Under the pieces are notes generated by a model that was given only the letters and a program-made list of their open reading frames with translations, did not search any database and was not told the DNA's origin. The position numbers and the translations under genes are program-made. From the IMG/VR virus record IMGVR_UViG_3300046522_000252, positions 2,984 to 66,983 of that record: a stretch of 64,000 nucleotides of DNA. One strand, 5' to 3'. This stretch comes from a virus. This document shows, in pieces, positions 9,255 to 18,799 of this stretch (the first letter of the stretch is position 1; each line of letters opens with the position of its first letter).

Positions 9255-9655
9255 TTGGTTGGCCTTTCGGTTTTGTCGATAAAACAAAAATCCCACTCGT
9301 CGCATAGGTACTGCACCGCCGCCCGGCATCGTGCGTCCAGGGCAGACCAATCGCCACGAATCACGCCGTTCTGAAACTCGCCGATCCCATAGGCCCACAA
9401 CAGGTCGGTTGCGTCACGGTCATCCTCGAAAGACTGCGGCGGCCTTTCGAGATCGACTATCGTGTCGAAGATGCAGCTCAGGTCGGACAGCTTGATCTTG
9501 ACGTCGCTTCCTCCGATTTGCTTAACGGTGACAAATTCCGCACCCAGCGGCGCCTCCGCCAGGATGATGACGGCGAACGCGGCCATGGGCCGCAATGCGA
9601 TGAGCGCCCGCTCATGTTGGGTCCGCAAAGATTCCATGGCCGCACCCATCCTCAA
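9251..9655 (-). CDS. Hypothetical protein
   Basis: Coupled ORF. Confidence 0.55.
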   Translation of the reverse strand: MRMGAAMESLRTQHERALIALRPMAAFAVIILAEAPLGAEFVTVKQIGGSDVKIKLSDLSCIFDTIVDLERPPQSFEDDRDATDLLWAYGIGEFQNGVIRGDWSALDARCRAAVQYLCDEWDFCFIDKTERPTK

Positions 9656-9936
9656 GCCTCCCTTCGATCAGAACGCAGGCGGCGCTTTAGTTCACCGCAA
9701 ATGGCGATGATATCGAGCGCCAGGTTCTCCATGATGTTGACCCTGCGTAGATAGGTTTCCCGGACCTCCGCCGAGATCGGTGGCTTTCCGGGCGGCGGGT
9801 CTTCAACCGAAGCGAGGATGGCCAGGAGCGCATTAGGTATATTTTGCGGGTCCATGGCGGCCCCGCCTTTCTCGCGGCGGCTGACGATCTGGCGGAGAAG
9901 GTCCACCTCGCTCTTGCGCATGTTGGGCGTCTTCAT
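9652..9936 (-). CDS. Hypothetical protein
   Basis: Coupled ORF. Confidence 0.55.
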   Translation of the reverse strand: MKTPNMRKSEVDLLRQIVSRREKGGAAMDPQNIPNALLAILASVEDPPPGKPPISAEVRETYLRRVNIMENLALDIIAICGELKRRLRSDRREA

Positions 9937-10223
9937 CAGATCAGCCGCCGGATGTGGTCGATGAGCTGGCGCATGTTCGCGATTTCCGTCTCGATGTCGC
10001 GGGCCGTGGCATCGATCTGCGGAATCAAACCGTCCGGGCCCCTGACCGCCCTTTGTGTAGGCGCCTCCTGGTACTTATCGCCGGTCAGCGCGAGGGATAG
10101 CTCGCCGAGTGCCTTACTGAGCGACTGCGCCTCTCTCAGAGTTCGTTCCAACCGCGTCCGGGCCGGGCCTTGTTCCGTGATCAGCTTGAGGTGATGGCCG
10201 CTGTGTTGTCCTTCGATTGCCAT
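9936..10223 (-). CDS. Hypothetical coiled-coil protein
   Basis: AGGAG RBS. Confidence 0.55.
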   Translation of the reverse strand: MAIEGQHSGHHLKLITEQGPARTRLERTLREAQSLSKALGELSLALTGDKYQEAPTQRAVRGPDGLIPQIDATARDIETEIANMRQLIDHIRRLI

Positions 10224-10243
10224 GATGGTTTCTCCTGTTTCGG

Positions 10244-10516
10244 TTAGCGTTTTGGTGGGGCACGGTCGAAGCCCGCCATAGGGCTCGCGGCAGTGCCGTT
10301 GATGATCTCGACGAATGGCAACGTGTGATCAACCACAAGCCGCTGCTCGTCGATCCACTGGGAATCCTTCATGGCCCCGTCCGCTCCCACCTTCGGAGCC
10401 ACAAGCACCTGATTGCACCCAGTGATGTATTGGACAAAGCCAATCGCCACTCCTTGAAACCCGGTGATCCTGTCGGTGTAGGTTGCGCCGAGGACCGGCG
10501 GTGGATTGGTGCTCAT
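10244..10516 (-). CDS. Conserved-looking phage hypothetical protein
   Basis: DRITGFQGVA....YITGCNQ.LV.P...WIDEQRL. Confidence 0.7.
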   Translation of the reverse strand: MSTNPPPVLGATYTDRITGFQGVAIGFVQYITGCNQVLVAPKVGADGAMKDSQWIDEQRLVVDHTLPFVEIINGTAASPMAGFDRAPPKR

Positions 10517-10538
10517 GGTCTCCTTCTCCTGTTTCGGT

Positions 10539-11192
10539 TCAATGCGTGTATTTCCTGACGAGGGCTGAATTCACTAGCGCCTCGGACGGCTCGACAGGAT
10601 CATGGCTGTAATCAGGTGGATCATGGGTGGACGGCAGCGGCGTTGGCGCGCGCCTTCCAAGGGCGAGCGCGCCGATAGCCGCTAGGGCACTGCCGTTAAA
10701 AAATTGTTCTCCTATCCGCTGGGCTGATTGCCGTTCCTTTTCTTTTTCTTTTTCTTTTATTGGAGAAGGAGAAGGCGCGCGCGCGCGCGAGGATGTACCG
10801 GCCTTTGTTGATTTTGTTGCGTTTTTCGCTGCGTTTGGCTTCAACTTAGCGCCAACTTGAGCGCAACTTGAGCCCAACTTAGCGCCAACTTGAGCGCAAA
10901 CAGGCGAAATTTCCATTTGTTTATCGACGCGCGGGTTATGAAGGAATCCGTCAGTGTCGATATAAATTTTCTCCCGATCTATAAGTTTCTGGATTCGTTT
11001 TGCTACGTCCACTTTCCGGCATTCGAGCAGATGACGCAGCTTATCCGGGTTGAATTCGACGGTCCCGCCATTGTCGTACATGTGCGCCAGCAGCCGGATA
11101 TAGTCGCCGACTTCGGCGGCTGGCATGCCGCGCACACCGTCCAGAAAGTTGGTCGAATAGAAATCGAAGCGAGGATATTTCTTGCGCGGCAT
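10539..11192 (-). CDS. DUF1376/YdaU-type replication initiator
   Basis: FDFYSTNFLDGVRGM...GDYIRLLAHMY N-terminus; internal iteron-like repeats. Confidence 0.75.
   Translation of the reverse strand: MPRKKYPRFDFYSTNFLDGVRGMPAAEVGDYIRLLAHMYDNGGTVEFNPDKLRHLLECRKVDVAKRIQKLIDREKIYIDTDGFLHNPRVDKQMEISPVCAQVGAKLGSSCAQVGAKLKPNAAKNATKSTKAGTSSRARAPSPSPIKEKEKEKERQSAQRIGEQFFNGSALAAIGALALGRRAPTPLPSTHDPPDYSHDPVEPSEALVNSALVRKYTH
10842..10898. repeat. Five 11-bp tandem iteron-like repeats (putative replication origin)
   Basis: CAACTT at 10842, 10853, 10864, 10875, 10886; T-rich tract at about 10733-10761. Confidence 0.6.
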
Positions 11193-11253
11193 CAGTCGCC
11201 CTCCTCGTCGGTTGGCGGTTGCGCTGCTCTAATTCTGAGTTTCTTTCGGTTGG

Positions 11254-12078
11254 TCATACGCCGCACATCCCCTCACACTCATTGATGAAGAGGTTCAGTT
11301 GGCCGCGCTCCTCGGCAGTCGATAAATCAACCTCGTCAAGCGGCTTGAGCGATCTATGGATAAACACCTGGGAGCGTTTCACGCCGGGCATGTTGTCCCG
11401 AATAGCGTGGTCGACCGCGACGGCATCGGCGAACGAGGCGGCGTCATTGTCGCGAAGGTCGCGCCAACCGGCGTCGTTGCGATACGGGCAGAACGTACAG
11501 GCGGATTTTGCTGGCAGCGGGTAGTCGTGGGTTTCAAGCCACTTGAGGCAGTCCCGGCGCGTCATGCGCTTTTCGATCAGCGGCCAACGGTTCTCTATGT
11601 AGCGGTCGCGGGAGGGTTTCATGCGGGCGGCCTCGTCAAGGCTGATGCCTATCCACTGCTCAGCCGCGACCGTCTTTGGGCCGCGCTGGCCGGGCTCCAG
11701 GCCCAGCAACTCACGCATCTTCCTGCGGATTGGAGCGATCTTGAAATGCCGCGTGCATTGCCGATTGAGTGAACCAGGGGCGCCGTCATCGTTAACCGCG
11801 AAGAACGGCGGCCGACCATCGTTTCCGCTGACCCAGGCCGCGCGCCCCATAAGGACGTCGCGCAGGTTCCCGGCGGTGACAACATGCACCGGGAACGGCA
11901 GCACGTTTAAAGACATCATCCAAGCAAGGTGATCATAGACCGGCTGTGGCTCGGCGCCGGTGTCCGCGAAGATGGCGCAATCCGGCATGGGTCCGATTTC
12001 ACCATGCGCGGCCATGAGCGCCATTGTCGTCGACTGGACGCCAGCCCCCAAGGATATCACGCGCAGCTTGACGGTCAT
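11254..12078 (-). CDS. PAPS-reductase-like / adenine nucleotide alpha-hydrolase family protein
   Basis: ISLGAGVQST, FADTGAE, CT..FKI.PI, KSACTFCPY, ECEGMCGV. Confidence 0.75.
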   Translation of the reverse strand: MTVKLRVISLGAGVQSTTMALMAAHGEIGPMPDCAIFADTGAEPQPVYDHLAWMMSLNVLPFPVHVVTAGNLRDVLMGRAAWVSGNDGRPPFFAVNDDGAPGSLNRQCTRHFKIAPIRRKMRELLGLEPGQRGPKTVAAEQWIGISLDEAARMKPSRDRYIENRWPLIEKRMTRRDCLKWLETHDYPLPAKSACTFCPYRNDAGWRDLRDNDAASFADAVAVDHAIRDNMPGVKRSQVFIHRSLKPLDEVDLSTAEERGQLNLFINECEGMCGV

Positions 12079-12079
12079 C

Positions 12080-12373
12080 TCAATACCCCTTCGGAGGAGC
12101 AAAGAGGCAGAGCACGCGGCCACCGTCTTCACCTGCAACAGTGCAGAGATGAAACTTGCCGTCAGGGCTGTTTTTGACGCGCTTGTCCGTGAACGGAATC
12201 GTCTCGCTTTTGGTGACGTACCCGGCCGCCGTTTCCTTGAGGTCAGGCACCTCCCGGCAGTCCTGATCACTGCAACAGTTGAACGGATACGACCACCCGC
12301 TCGGGGCGTCATGCGCCATGGCGCCGGGGCTGAGAAGATGAAACGCGACTGCCGTGGCGACGAGCTTGATCAT
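12080..12373 (-). CDS. Small secreted cysteine-rich protein
   Basis: Signal peptide ending AMA, then HDAPSGWSYPFNCCSDQDC. Confidence 0.65.
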   Translation of the reverse strand: MIKLVATAVAFHLLSPGAMAHDAPSGWSYPFNCCSDQDCREVPDLKETAAGYVTKSETIPFTDKRVKNSPDGKFHLCTVAGEDGGRVLCLFAPPKGY

Positions 12374-12954
12374 TATGCCGCTCCCGCTAACCGAAGCCGG
12401 AATTGCTGCGAGCATGTCGCCGCCCACCGGGCGATACAGGCGGCCTCGGCTTCGTTCTCATTGTCGAAGCGAATGCCCAGCGTGTGGCAATATTCCTTCG
12501 CCCTGGCCTTCGCATCGAGGCGCGCTAGCTTGCCGCCACCACGGCCATAAAGCGCCGCCCGCCATGTGGCCGGTGACACCGATTCGAAGGGGATGCGATA
12601 GAGGATTGCCGACGCCCGGATCATGCCTTGTATCTCAGGGAGCAAGAGCTGGTCGGCGTTGACGGTCATGATAGCATCGCCGCTGAGCCCGAGCAGATCG
12701 GCGTTTGGTTTCTTTGGATAGGCAGAGATTTGGCGCTTGGCCTTTTCCCAGCAAATAAAATCCGGGCGGCTATCCTTCGGCCCGATCACCCGCTTGAGGT
12801 GGTAGCCGAAGAGATCGCATTTTGCCTCGGCGCCGTCGCCATCCGCGCAGGAGAACGAGCCGCATTTCATATGCCGCTCGTCACCAGGGTAGCAATAAAG
12901 CGCCCACCCGGTTTGCGTGATGGACTGATCGAGGCCGAGGATAAGCATCGTCAT
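12373..12954 (-). CDS. RuvC-like Holliday junction resolvase
   Basis: ILGLDQSITQTGWA, WE, PATWR, NENEAEAACIA. Confidence 0.8.
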   Translation of the reverse strand: MTMLILGLDQSITQTGWALYCYPGDERHMKCGSFSCADGDGAEAKCDLFGYHLKRVIGPKDSRPDFICWEKAKRQISAYPKKPNADLLGLSGDAIMTVNADQLLLPEIQGMIRASAILYRIPFESVSPATWRAALYGRGGGKLARLDAKARAKEYCHTLGIRFDNENEAEAACIARWAATCSQQFRLRLAGAA

Positions 12955-12963
12955 TTCCTCCGC

Positions 12964-13638
12964 CTACATCAACCTTGGCCGGTCGTCGGGTCGATCATCG
13001 CCGTCGCCTTCCGGGCGCGGGAGACGTTTCTTGTCCGACGCCACGAATTTTGCGACCTCACGCTGGATCGTGAGCAGGTCGGCATTGATCCGGTCAACGT
13101 GAAACTGGACCGTCGCCGAAAGGTCGTCGATGCTCCTGTCTAACAGGCTAATGCCCAGTTGCAGGCTCGGCGGGAGCGTCGTCGCGTCCGTCGACTTGCG
13201 CAGGTTTTTCAGGTTTTTCCGCTTGGTGTTGAGGAAGGAACCAACTTGGCTGGGCAGGATGGTTGCGTCATGTTCAAACGCCTCTCCGGTCGCCCGGACC
13301 AAATAATCTCGCCCTCTATTCCGCACCGCTATCTGAAACGCTGGCTTGTCCGACAAGGTCAGCCAGAGCGACCCGCGCGCAACTCGATTGATCTTCTGGC
13401 GCATCCCATAGCGCCGCGCGACGATAAGCGCCTGCTCACCCGCAAGGCTATATTCGTCATGATCTTCGGCAAATTTGTCGAGCGCGTGAACAGTGACCAA
13501 CGTTGGGTTTTCTGGATCACTGATCGGGAAGGCATCCGCAAAGGCTAGAGCCAGCTCGACCGCTTGCGTGGTTGATGAGAACATTGACATCGGTTCATCC
13601 TCCTTTTCAAAGCCTGATTTTTTCCTTGAGTTTGCCAA
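12964..13638 (-). CDS. Hypothetical protein downstream of the ParB-like gene
   Basis: 224 aa ORF. Confidence 0.6.
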   Translation of the reverse strand: MANSRKKSGFEKEDEPMSMFSSTTQAVELALAFADAFPISDPENPTLVTVHALDKFAEDHDEYSLAGEQALIVARRYGMRQKINRVARGSLWLTLSDKPAFQIAVRNRGRDYLVRATGEAFEHDATILPSQVGSFLNTKRKNLKNLRKSTDATTLPPSLQLGISLLDRSIDDLSATVQFHVDRINADLLTIQREVAKFVASDKKRLPRPEGDGDDRPDDRPRLM

Positions 13639-14833
13639 TCAGTTTTGCGGCGAGCGCCATGCGCTCGATTGCCGCCACATTCATCGGGAAGGGCTGGTCG
13701 TATTCCCACTTCGCCTCTTCTTCGGCGATCTGGCTGAGAAAGGTTTCGACCCGCGCAACAGTGGCGGCCAATTGCTTCCACTTGCCATTGACGCGCTCGA
13801 CGGCGCTCAGCGAGAGAAGGCGTTGTTTCTCCGCCGCATCGATTTCCTGTTGGGCGGTGATCGCCTGAGTTATGTGGTCGCCGACCATTTGCTTAATGGA
13901 GACGGAACCAAGATCGCGCCGCGTGCCGTGCTCGATTGCATCGATCTGCGCGCGGACATGCTGGGCGAGCGCCAAATGCTGTTCGAGGGCAATGAACCGG
14001 CGACCGTTCGGCGTGAGCACGGCTTCGCGGAATGCTGCCTCATGACTTGTGAGGCGGAAGACGTTGCCGCAGCGCATGTCATAGGTGGATTCCATTTCCT
14101 CCTGCGCCTTTATCGCTTCGCGTTCTTTGCGCCGCCGCTCGACCTCCACCTCTGTTTCCGCCTTGGCTAGTGCATCGACCGCCGCCGCCTTAGCTTTTGC
14201 GTCACGCTCGGCTCGGATTGTTTCGATTTCGGCATAAACCTTGGCGACGATCTTCCCCATGACGCCGCTGGCCTTGAGCGCAGCGAGTGTTTGGCTAATG
14301 GCGGTTTCGGTGATGATCTCGACGTCTTTCTTCTCGCCTCTCTCTTCGCGACCGAACCCGTTGATGGCCCGATAGAGCAAGGGCATTCCGGGACCGTCCT
14401 GGGCGACCTTGGCTTGGGTGCCTTCAAGGGCCCCGTTGCCAGCGGTCTCTAAAATCTTAGAGACCGTCCCCTCGCCGAGGAGCACCTGTTTCGTCACCAG
14501 CCGGGTATAGGCGGCAACGCTATCGAGGACCGCCGCCGCGTTTTTGCCGCGTTGCGTCAGGTTCTCCATCGACATGATCTGCACCATCTGCTGATCGTCG
14601 TAAGACTTAACGGTTGCCTCAATTTCCTTGAGCCCACTCCGGCGCGCCGCCTCGATGCGATGGTGGCCCGCCGCAAGCTCATAGCCGACGCCGTTCTTTC
14701 GTGCCGAAACACCAGCGAAAAAGCCCAGTTCATTGATTGACTGCGACAGGCGTTGAACCTGCTCGTCGTCGAGCGGGTATAGGTCGAAATCACGGAACGG
14801 ATTCGGCTTGAGCGTGGTGATGTCGATCTTCAT
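13607..14833 (-). CDS. ParB N-terminal domain protein with coiled-coil C-terminus
   Basis: LKPNPFR...LSQSINELGF...YELAAGHHRIEAA...MENL. Confidence 0.8.
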   Translation of the reverse strand: MKIDITTLKPNPFRDFDLYPLDDEQVQRLSQSINELGFFAGVSARKNGVGYELAAGHHRIEAARRSGLKEIEATVKSYDDQQMVQIMSMENLTQRGKNAAAVLDSVAAYTRLVTKQVLLGEGTVSKILETAGNGALEGTQAKVAQDGPGMPLLYRAINGFGREERGEKKDVEIITETAISQTLAALKASGVMGKIVAKVYAEIETIRAERDAKAKAAAVDALAKAETEVEVERRRKEREAIKAQEEMESTYDMRCGNVFRLTSHEAAFREAVLTPNGRRFIALEQHLALAQHVRAQIDAIEHGTRRDLGSVSIKQMVGDHITQAITAQQEIDAAEKQRLLSLSAVERVNGKWKQLAATVARVETFLSQIAEEEAKWEYDQPFPMNVAAIERMALAAKLIGKLKEKIRL

Positions 14834-15369
14834 TATTCTTCCTCCATTTGATTGTTTTCCACCCCCAGGGTGAGGCGGTTGTTGCGTGCAGCTTGCGGGA
14901 GTCGCATCGGCCTCAGCTCTGACTGAGGGACGAAATATGCGGCCGGGCGGCCACCATAGGCTTTCAGGAATTGCGGCAACTTCGCCGCGCCTCCCCATAT
15001 CCAGCCACGGAGCACGAGGGTTGGCGCGGAGCCTGTCACCAGGATAAATGCGTGGTCGTCGTGGTCGTCCTCACGCACAATCAAATCATAGTCGTGCCGG
15101 GACCGGGTTCGAACCTGAACGCGCTGGCCGATGTCCCCTGCCTTGAATGTGCAAGTGTCTCCGCCCCAGTATTGCCCGCTCCATTTGGCGACCGCTGCCT
15201 CGCCGCAGGCGCCTTCAATATGCAGGCAAAGACCGCTGACCTGATCCGGGGAGAGCCCGTGATTATCCTTTCGGCTATGCGTCACGCTTTCGTAGTAGCG
15301 CTTGGCTCCGATGAGGGCGGCGTGCTCCAGCTCTTGTTCGGTCAACGTCACGCGGACGAAGCTATCCAT
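14833..15369 (-). CDS. Hypothetical protein, possible PD-(D/E)xK-like fold
   Basis: GACGEAAVA...GDIG..VQVRT. Confidence 0.55.
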   Translation of the reverse strand: MDSFVRVTLTEQELEHAALIGAKRYYESVTHSRKDNHGLSPDQVSGLCLHIEGACGEAAVAKWSGQYWGGDTCTFKAGDIGQRVQVRTRSRHDYDLIVREDDHDDHAFILVTGSAPTLVLRGWIWGGAAKLPQFLKAYGGRPAAYFVPQSELRPMRLPQAARNNRLTLGVENNQMEEE

Positions 15370-15397
15370 CGCTTTTCATCCTCTTCGACCTTCGTGG

Positions 15398-15928
15398 TCA
15401 TGCCGCTACCCCCTGATTGCGCCCGACGAACACCGGCCCGCCGCTATGCTGCCAATCGAAGCGATACCAGGACGCATTGTCCTTGCCCGAGTGCTTGCTT
15501 CCGGGCATCCACTTGAGGCGGCCCACCGAGACGATCTTCGTGCAATGGTCGATCAGCGCTGACGCCTGTCTGGTGTGTGCCCAATCGGCGTCGAACAAGA
15601 GCCACGTCGGCCTGATGCCGGAAAAGCGCTCGATCATCGGGTGCAGCAATTGCCTTGTCCAAGGCGGGTTGGTGATGATCGCGTCGGCCTCGGCGAGCAG
15701 GTGCGGACTGCATGTCAGCGCGTCGAAGCCGTCCTTGAGATCGCGGGCGAAGCGACATTGCAGGCCGAAGCCGATCAGGTATTTGACCAGATAGCCGGTG
15801 CCGCAGCATGGTTCGACAAAGGTGAAAATCCGCTCAGCGAGCAGGTGCGGAATCACCGGCGGCACCGCCGGGAACGGCGTCGCGTAATCGTCCATAGCTC
15901 GGCGCGGAAAATCGCTGCGCTTTCCCAT
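15398..15928 (-). CDS. Amino-type (N6A/N4C) DNA methyltransferase-like protein
   Basis: DYATP, EPCCGTG (motif I), IITNPPW (motif IV). Confidence 0.8.
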   Translation of the reverse strand: MGKRSDFPRRAMDDYATPFPAVPPVIPHLLAERIFTFVEPCCGTGYLVKYLIGFGLQCRFARDLKDGFDALTCSPHLLAEADAIITNPPWTRQLLHPMIERFSGIRPTWLLFDADWAHTRQASALIDHCTKIVSVGRLKWMPGSKHSGKDNASWYRFDWQHSGGPVFVGRNQGVAA

Positions 15929-15929
15929 C

Positions 15930-16067
15930 TCATGCCGCCTTCCTGTCACCCGGCTTGACCTTCCTGACGTCGCCGCAGTCGTCGCAAAACTGTTCGACAT
16001 ACTCGGCGGCGCTCAGGTGCTTGCCGCAGCGTGGACACGTGATGCGCAGGGATTGGGGAAAGGTCAT
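15930..16067 (-). CDS. Small Zn-ribbon protein (45 aa)
   Basis: Manual translation MTFPQSLRITCPRCGKHLSAAEYVEQFCDDCGD. Confidence 0.5.
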   Translation of the reverse strand: MTFPQSLRITCPRCGKHLSAAEYVEQFCDDCGDVRKVKPGDRKAA

Positions 16068-16396
16068 TGGCTATCCTTTCCGCCGGGGAAGACGACTAGC
16101 TCGGCCTTGTGTTGCAACATGGGAAGCGGCGCGCTGCCGAGCGGCGGAAGAGGCCCGCCAAAGACCCACGCCTTAACCTGGGATTCGCGGACGAGGGCGT
16201 TTTGCGAACTGTAGTTCGTGCCGATGCGATGATAGCGGCGGCGTCCGTCGCCGCGTTCATACAGGTTCCAGTAACACGTCCTGTTTCCGCCGAGCGTGCG
16301 CCTGCCCGTCTCGTCGACGAGGTGTGTGGGCCCCTCGACGGTGCCGACCCAACGCCAGGTAAATCTGGCTTTCAATGCGGTGAGCCACTTCATCAT
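16064..16396 (-). CDS. Hypothetical protein
   Basis: Coupled ORF MMKWLT... Confidence 0.55.
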   Translation of the reverse strand: MMKWLTALKARFTWRWVGTVEGPTHLVDETGRRTLGGNRTCYWNLYERGDGRRRYHRIGTNYSSQNALVRESQVKAWVFGGPLPPLGSAPLPMLQHKAELVVFPGGKDSQ

Positions 16397-16842
16397 CGCG
16401 CGCCCGCCTTCACCCGAGAAGTGTGGCCAACATAGTTGTGATACGGACACCAGTTTTGATCGCGCGGTGTTTTGGCGCCGCAGAACAGATGGCCGCCCGG
16501 CGCGGTCCTATCCATCTCGATAGGCCAGTTGCATTCGTTCCGGTTCAAATCCATCAACGGCACCCGGCGCATATTCTCCGGCGGCGACGGCGGCGGGTCG
16601 TTGCGTGGTGCCGGTGGTGGCGAGGGCACGATCTTTAACCTTGGGGGTGTCGATGGCACGGATGTTCGCCTTTCCCTTGGTTTTGGTGGTGGTGGAGCGA
16701 TGGCCTTTAACTTTTTGTCGCGAAAAATCCGTCCGATGAAAGCATTCCGACCCATATGAAAAACGTCCGCGATCTGCCGCCTGGACAAACCGGCCTGGAT
16801 CATCCCGGTAATTCGTTCTCGCTCCTCGTCGGTGAACGGCAT
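16393..16842 (-). CDS. gcrA: GcrA-family cell-cycle regulator homolog
   Basis: N-terminal GLSRRQIA..MGRNAFIG HTH; C-terminal LMDL...CNWPI...FCG...WCPYH. Confidence 0.85.
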   Translation of the reverse strand: MPFTDEERERITGMIQAGLSRRQIADVFHMGRNAFIGRIFRDKKLKAIAPPPPKPRERRTSVPSTPPRLKIVPSPPPAPRNDPPPSPPENMRRVPLMDLNRNECNWPIEMDRTAPGGHLFCGAKTPRDQNWCPYHNYVGHTSRVKAGAR

Positions 16843-16854
16843 AGCCGTGTCCTC

Positions 16855-17418
16855 CTATGCGATCTCATCGTCATCGTCGGGATCATTGGCGCCGTCGTCA
16901 CCGGCGGCCGGGTCAGCGTCACTGGCGCGGGCAGCTTGTTTCTTTTCCATCGCCGCTTTCCAGTCGGCGAGCATTTGCGCCTGGGCCATCTGCCATTGAT
17001 CGAGCCATACCCGGCCCGGCTCGGAGCCTTCATCGTAGGGGCAAGCGTCGGCACTCTTCCCGGCAAACCCGGCCGCCTCGCCTTCACGGGCGGCCCGTTC
17101 GACAAGCGGCTCCCGGCTAAAGTCCAGCTCGGTCTGGGCGCCAATAGGCAGGGCGAAATAACGGCCGATCTCGGCCCGGCGCCGTTGTTCGTCGACGACG
17201 ATTTGCGGGTCTTCAATCGTTGCGCAGCGCAGGCCGAAATCGATGTCGGACAGGATCACGCCATCGGTCTTGGCAAGCTTTCGAAGGCGCAAGCGCTCGA
17301 CGTTCTCCATCTTGCAGATTTCCGTTTGCGCTTGGATCGCGCGGAAATGGTGCATGTAGAGCGCCTTGGCTTGGGCTGGTGTCAGATCGTGGGAATTGTC
17401 GCCGATGGTCGCGGGCAT
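16855..17418 (-). CDS. Hypothetical protein with C-terminal Rmf/CrpP-like motif
   Basis: EGEAAGFAGKSADACPY....WL..W. Confidence 0.55.
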   Translation of the reverse strand: MPATIGDNSHDLTPAQAKALYMHHFRAIQAQTEICKMENVERLRLRKLAKTDGVILSDIDFGLRCATIEDPQIVVDEQRRRAEIGRYFALPIGAQTELDFSREPLVERAAREGEAAGFAGKSADACPYDEGSEPGRVWLDQWQMAQAQMLADWKAAMEKKQAARASDADPAAGDDGANDPDDDDEIA

Positions 17419-17527
17419 GTGGTCTTCTCCTTTGGGGTTGGAGTGGCCACCGCGTTGCAGGTCCGATAAACGCGGTGGCCACTTTTCCCGCCGGTCTTTC
17501 GAGCCACGGGAAATCAGGCAGGCGACA

Positions 17528-17776
17528 TCATGCCGCCGCCTCTTTGCCGTCCGGCGCCGGGCCAAAGACATCCGGGCGGAGGCTGTAACGGGAAACGCCG
17601 CTCATCTTTTCGACCTCAAGGACGCGGGTCGCGGGGACGATCACCCATTGCATGACGGCCTGTCGCTTGATCCCAAGTCTGCTGGCCAGCGGCACCGGGC
17701 CGCCAGCCCGCGTCTTCGCAAGCTCACAAGCGATTGCGCGCGGGTCCGTCAGAAAGGTTTCTTTTCTCATATCCAT
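17528..17776 (-). CDS. cro: Cro-like (YdaS) regulator
   Basis: AGGPVPLASRLGIKRQAVMQW...VSRYSLRPDVFG; divergent from the repressor. Confidence 0.8.
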   Translation of the reverse strand: MDMRKETFLTDPRAIACELAKTRAGGPVPLASRLGIKRQAVMQWVIVPATRVLEVEKMSGVSRYSLRPDVFGPAPDGKEAAA

Positions 17777-17886
17777 GCCACAGTGTAAGCAAAGATTGCC
17801 CGGTTGCACAATGGGGGTTTACGAAAAATTATTGGCAAGGTTGTATTGCTTATGGCAAAGTTGTGAGAAGGTTAGGGAATAAACCA
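17777..17886. promoter_or_regulatory. Divergent cro/cI promoter-operator region
   Basis: AT-rich gap with several GCAA/TTGC half-sites. Confidence 0.5.
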
Positions 17887-18330
17887 ATGGCGAGAGGGAA
17901 ACCCTCGGACGCTGCGCCGGTGTTACGGCAAAAAAGAATGAGCACAGGGAAACACGAAAGGGATCAGCTCGCCGACCAGGAATTAGGTGAGCGCATCCAA
18001 TACCTTAGAACGGAAATCCTCGGTATCGGTCGCCAGGCCGACTTTGCCGAGCGTCTTGGTGTGACGCGCGGTGCTGTCGGTAACTGGGAGGTCGGGAAAG
18101 GGGTGAAGCGCGCGAACCTCGAACGGATCGCTCAAACATTCACTGTCTCCCTCGTGTGGCTGACCACTGGGGGCGGTGCACCAATTAGCAGGCAGAGCAT
18201 TGATGCGAGACTTGAGCTGCTGCCGCCTGAAGAATATGACCCGCTCTATGAACACTTCCAGGCAATGATAGATAATCGTATGCGATTCCTAGAGCGAAAA
18301 AAGGCGGAAGCGAAGAAGAAAAAGCCTTGA
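17887..18330 (+). CDS. cI: CI-like XRE repressor without an evident S24 peptidase domain
   Basis: QADFAERLGVTRGAVGNWEVG...WLTTG. Confidence 0.8.
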   Translation: MARGKPSDAAPVLRQKRMSTGKHERDQLADQELGERIQYLRTEILGIGRQADFAERLGVTRGAVGNWEVGKGVKRANLERIAQTFTVSLVWLTTGGGAPISRQSIDARLELLPPEEYDPLYEHFQAMIDNRMRFLERKKAEAKKKKP

Positions 18331-18349
18331 AACTATTGAGGAAACCACG

Positions 18350-18799
18350 ATGGGACGAAGTTTCTATGAACCGCTAGCGTCGATAGACAACTGTTCGAAC
18401 GTATCCCCGCTGGCGGACTTTCGCATTAACAGGATAGACAACCAGTCAATTATGTATGCGTCGACGGACGACGGGCAGCAACTCGCCGCTCACATCCGTT
18501 TCGTCGACGAAGCCGCCTGGGTGAACCACGAAGCCAGCGTCAACGCTGCCGCGATGGTTTTACAATTGAGGCTTTCGCCGGACTACGGCGCTGGCCAGAT
18601 CGCCCGGATGATGCGCCGGGGCGTCCGCCCCGACGTCGAACATAGCCACGTCAAGTATTATCCGGCGACGGATGAGTACGGCTATATTTTGCAGTTCTCC
18701 AATCACGGCCCCGTGCCGATCCTTTTGAAGCAATCCGACATTGACGCTTTCCGCGTCAAGGAATGGATCGCCCGCTCCGCCGCACGCGCCGGGCAGTGA
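18350..18799 (+). CDS. Hypothetical protein, likely co-transcribed with the repressor
   Basis: GAGG RBS; followed by hairpin gggaggcg...cgcctccc. Confidence 0.6.
   Translation: MGRSFYEPLASIDNCSNVSPLADFRINRIDNQSIMYASTDDGQQLAAHIRFVDEAAWVNHEASVNAAAMVLQLRLSPDYGAGQIARMMRRGVRPDVEHSHVKYYPATDEYGYILQFSNHGPVPILLKQSDIDAFRVKEWIARSAARAGQ

Noticed and set aside
16934-16950. Unit-2 near-match (14/17, mismatches at third codon positions of MEKKQA)
   Set aside because: Requires a 1-nt overlap of the two half-sites and has three mismatches; unsupported without related phage sequences
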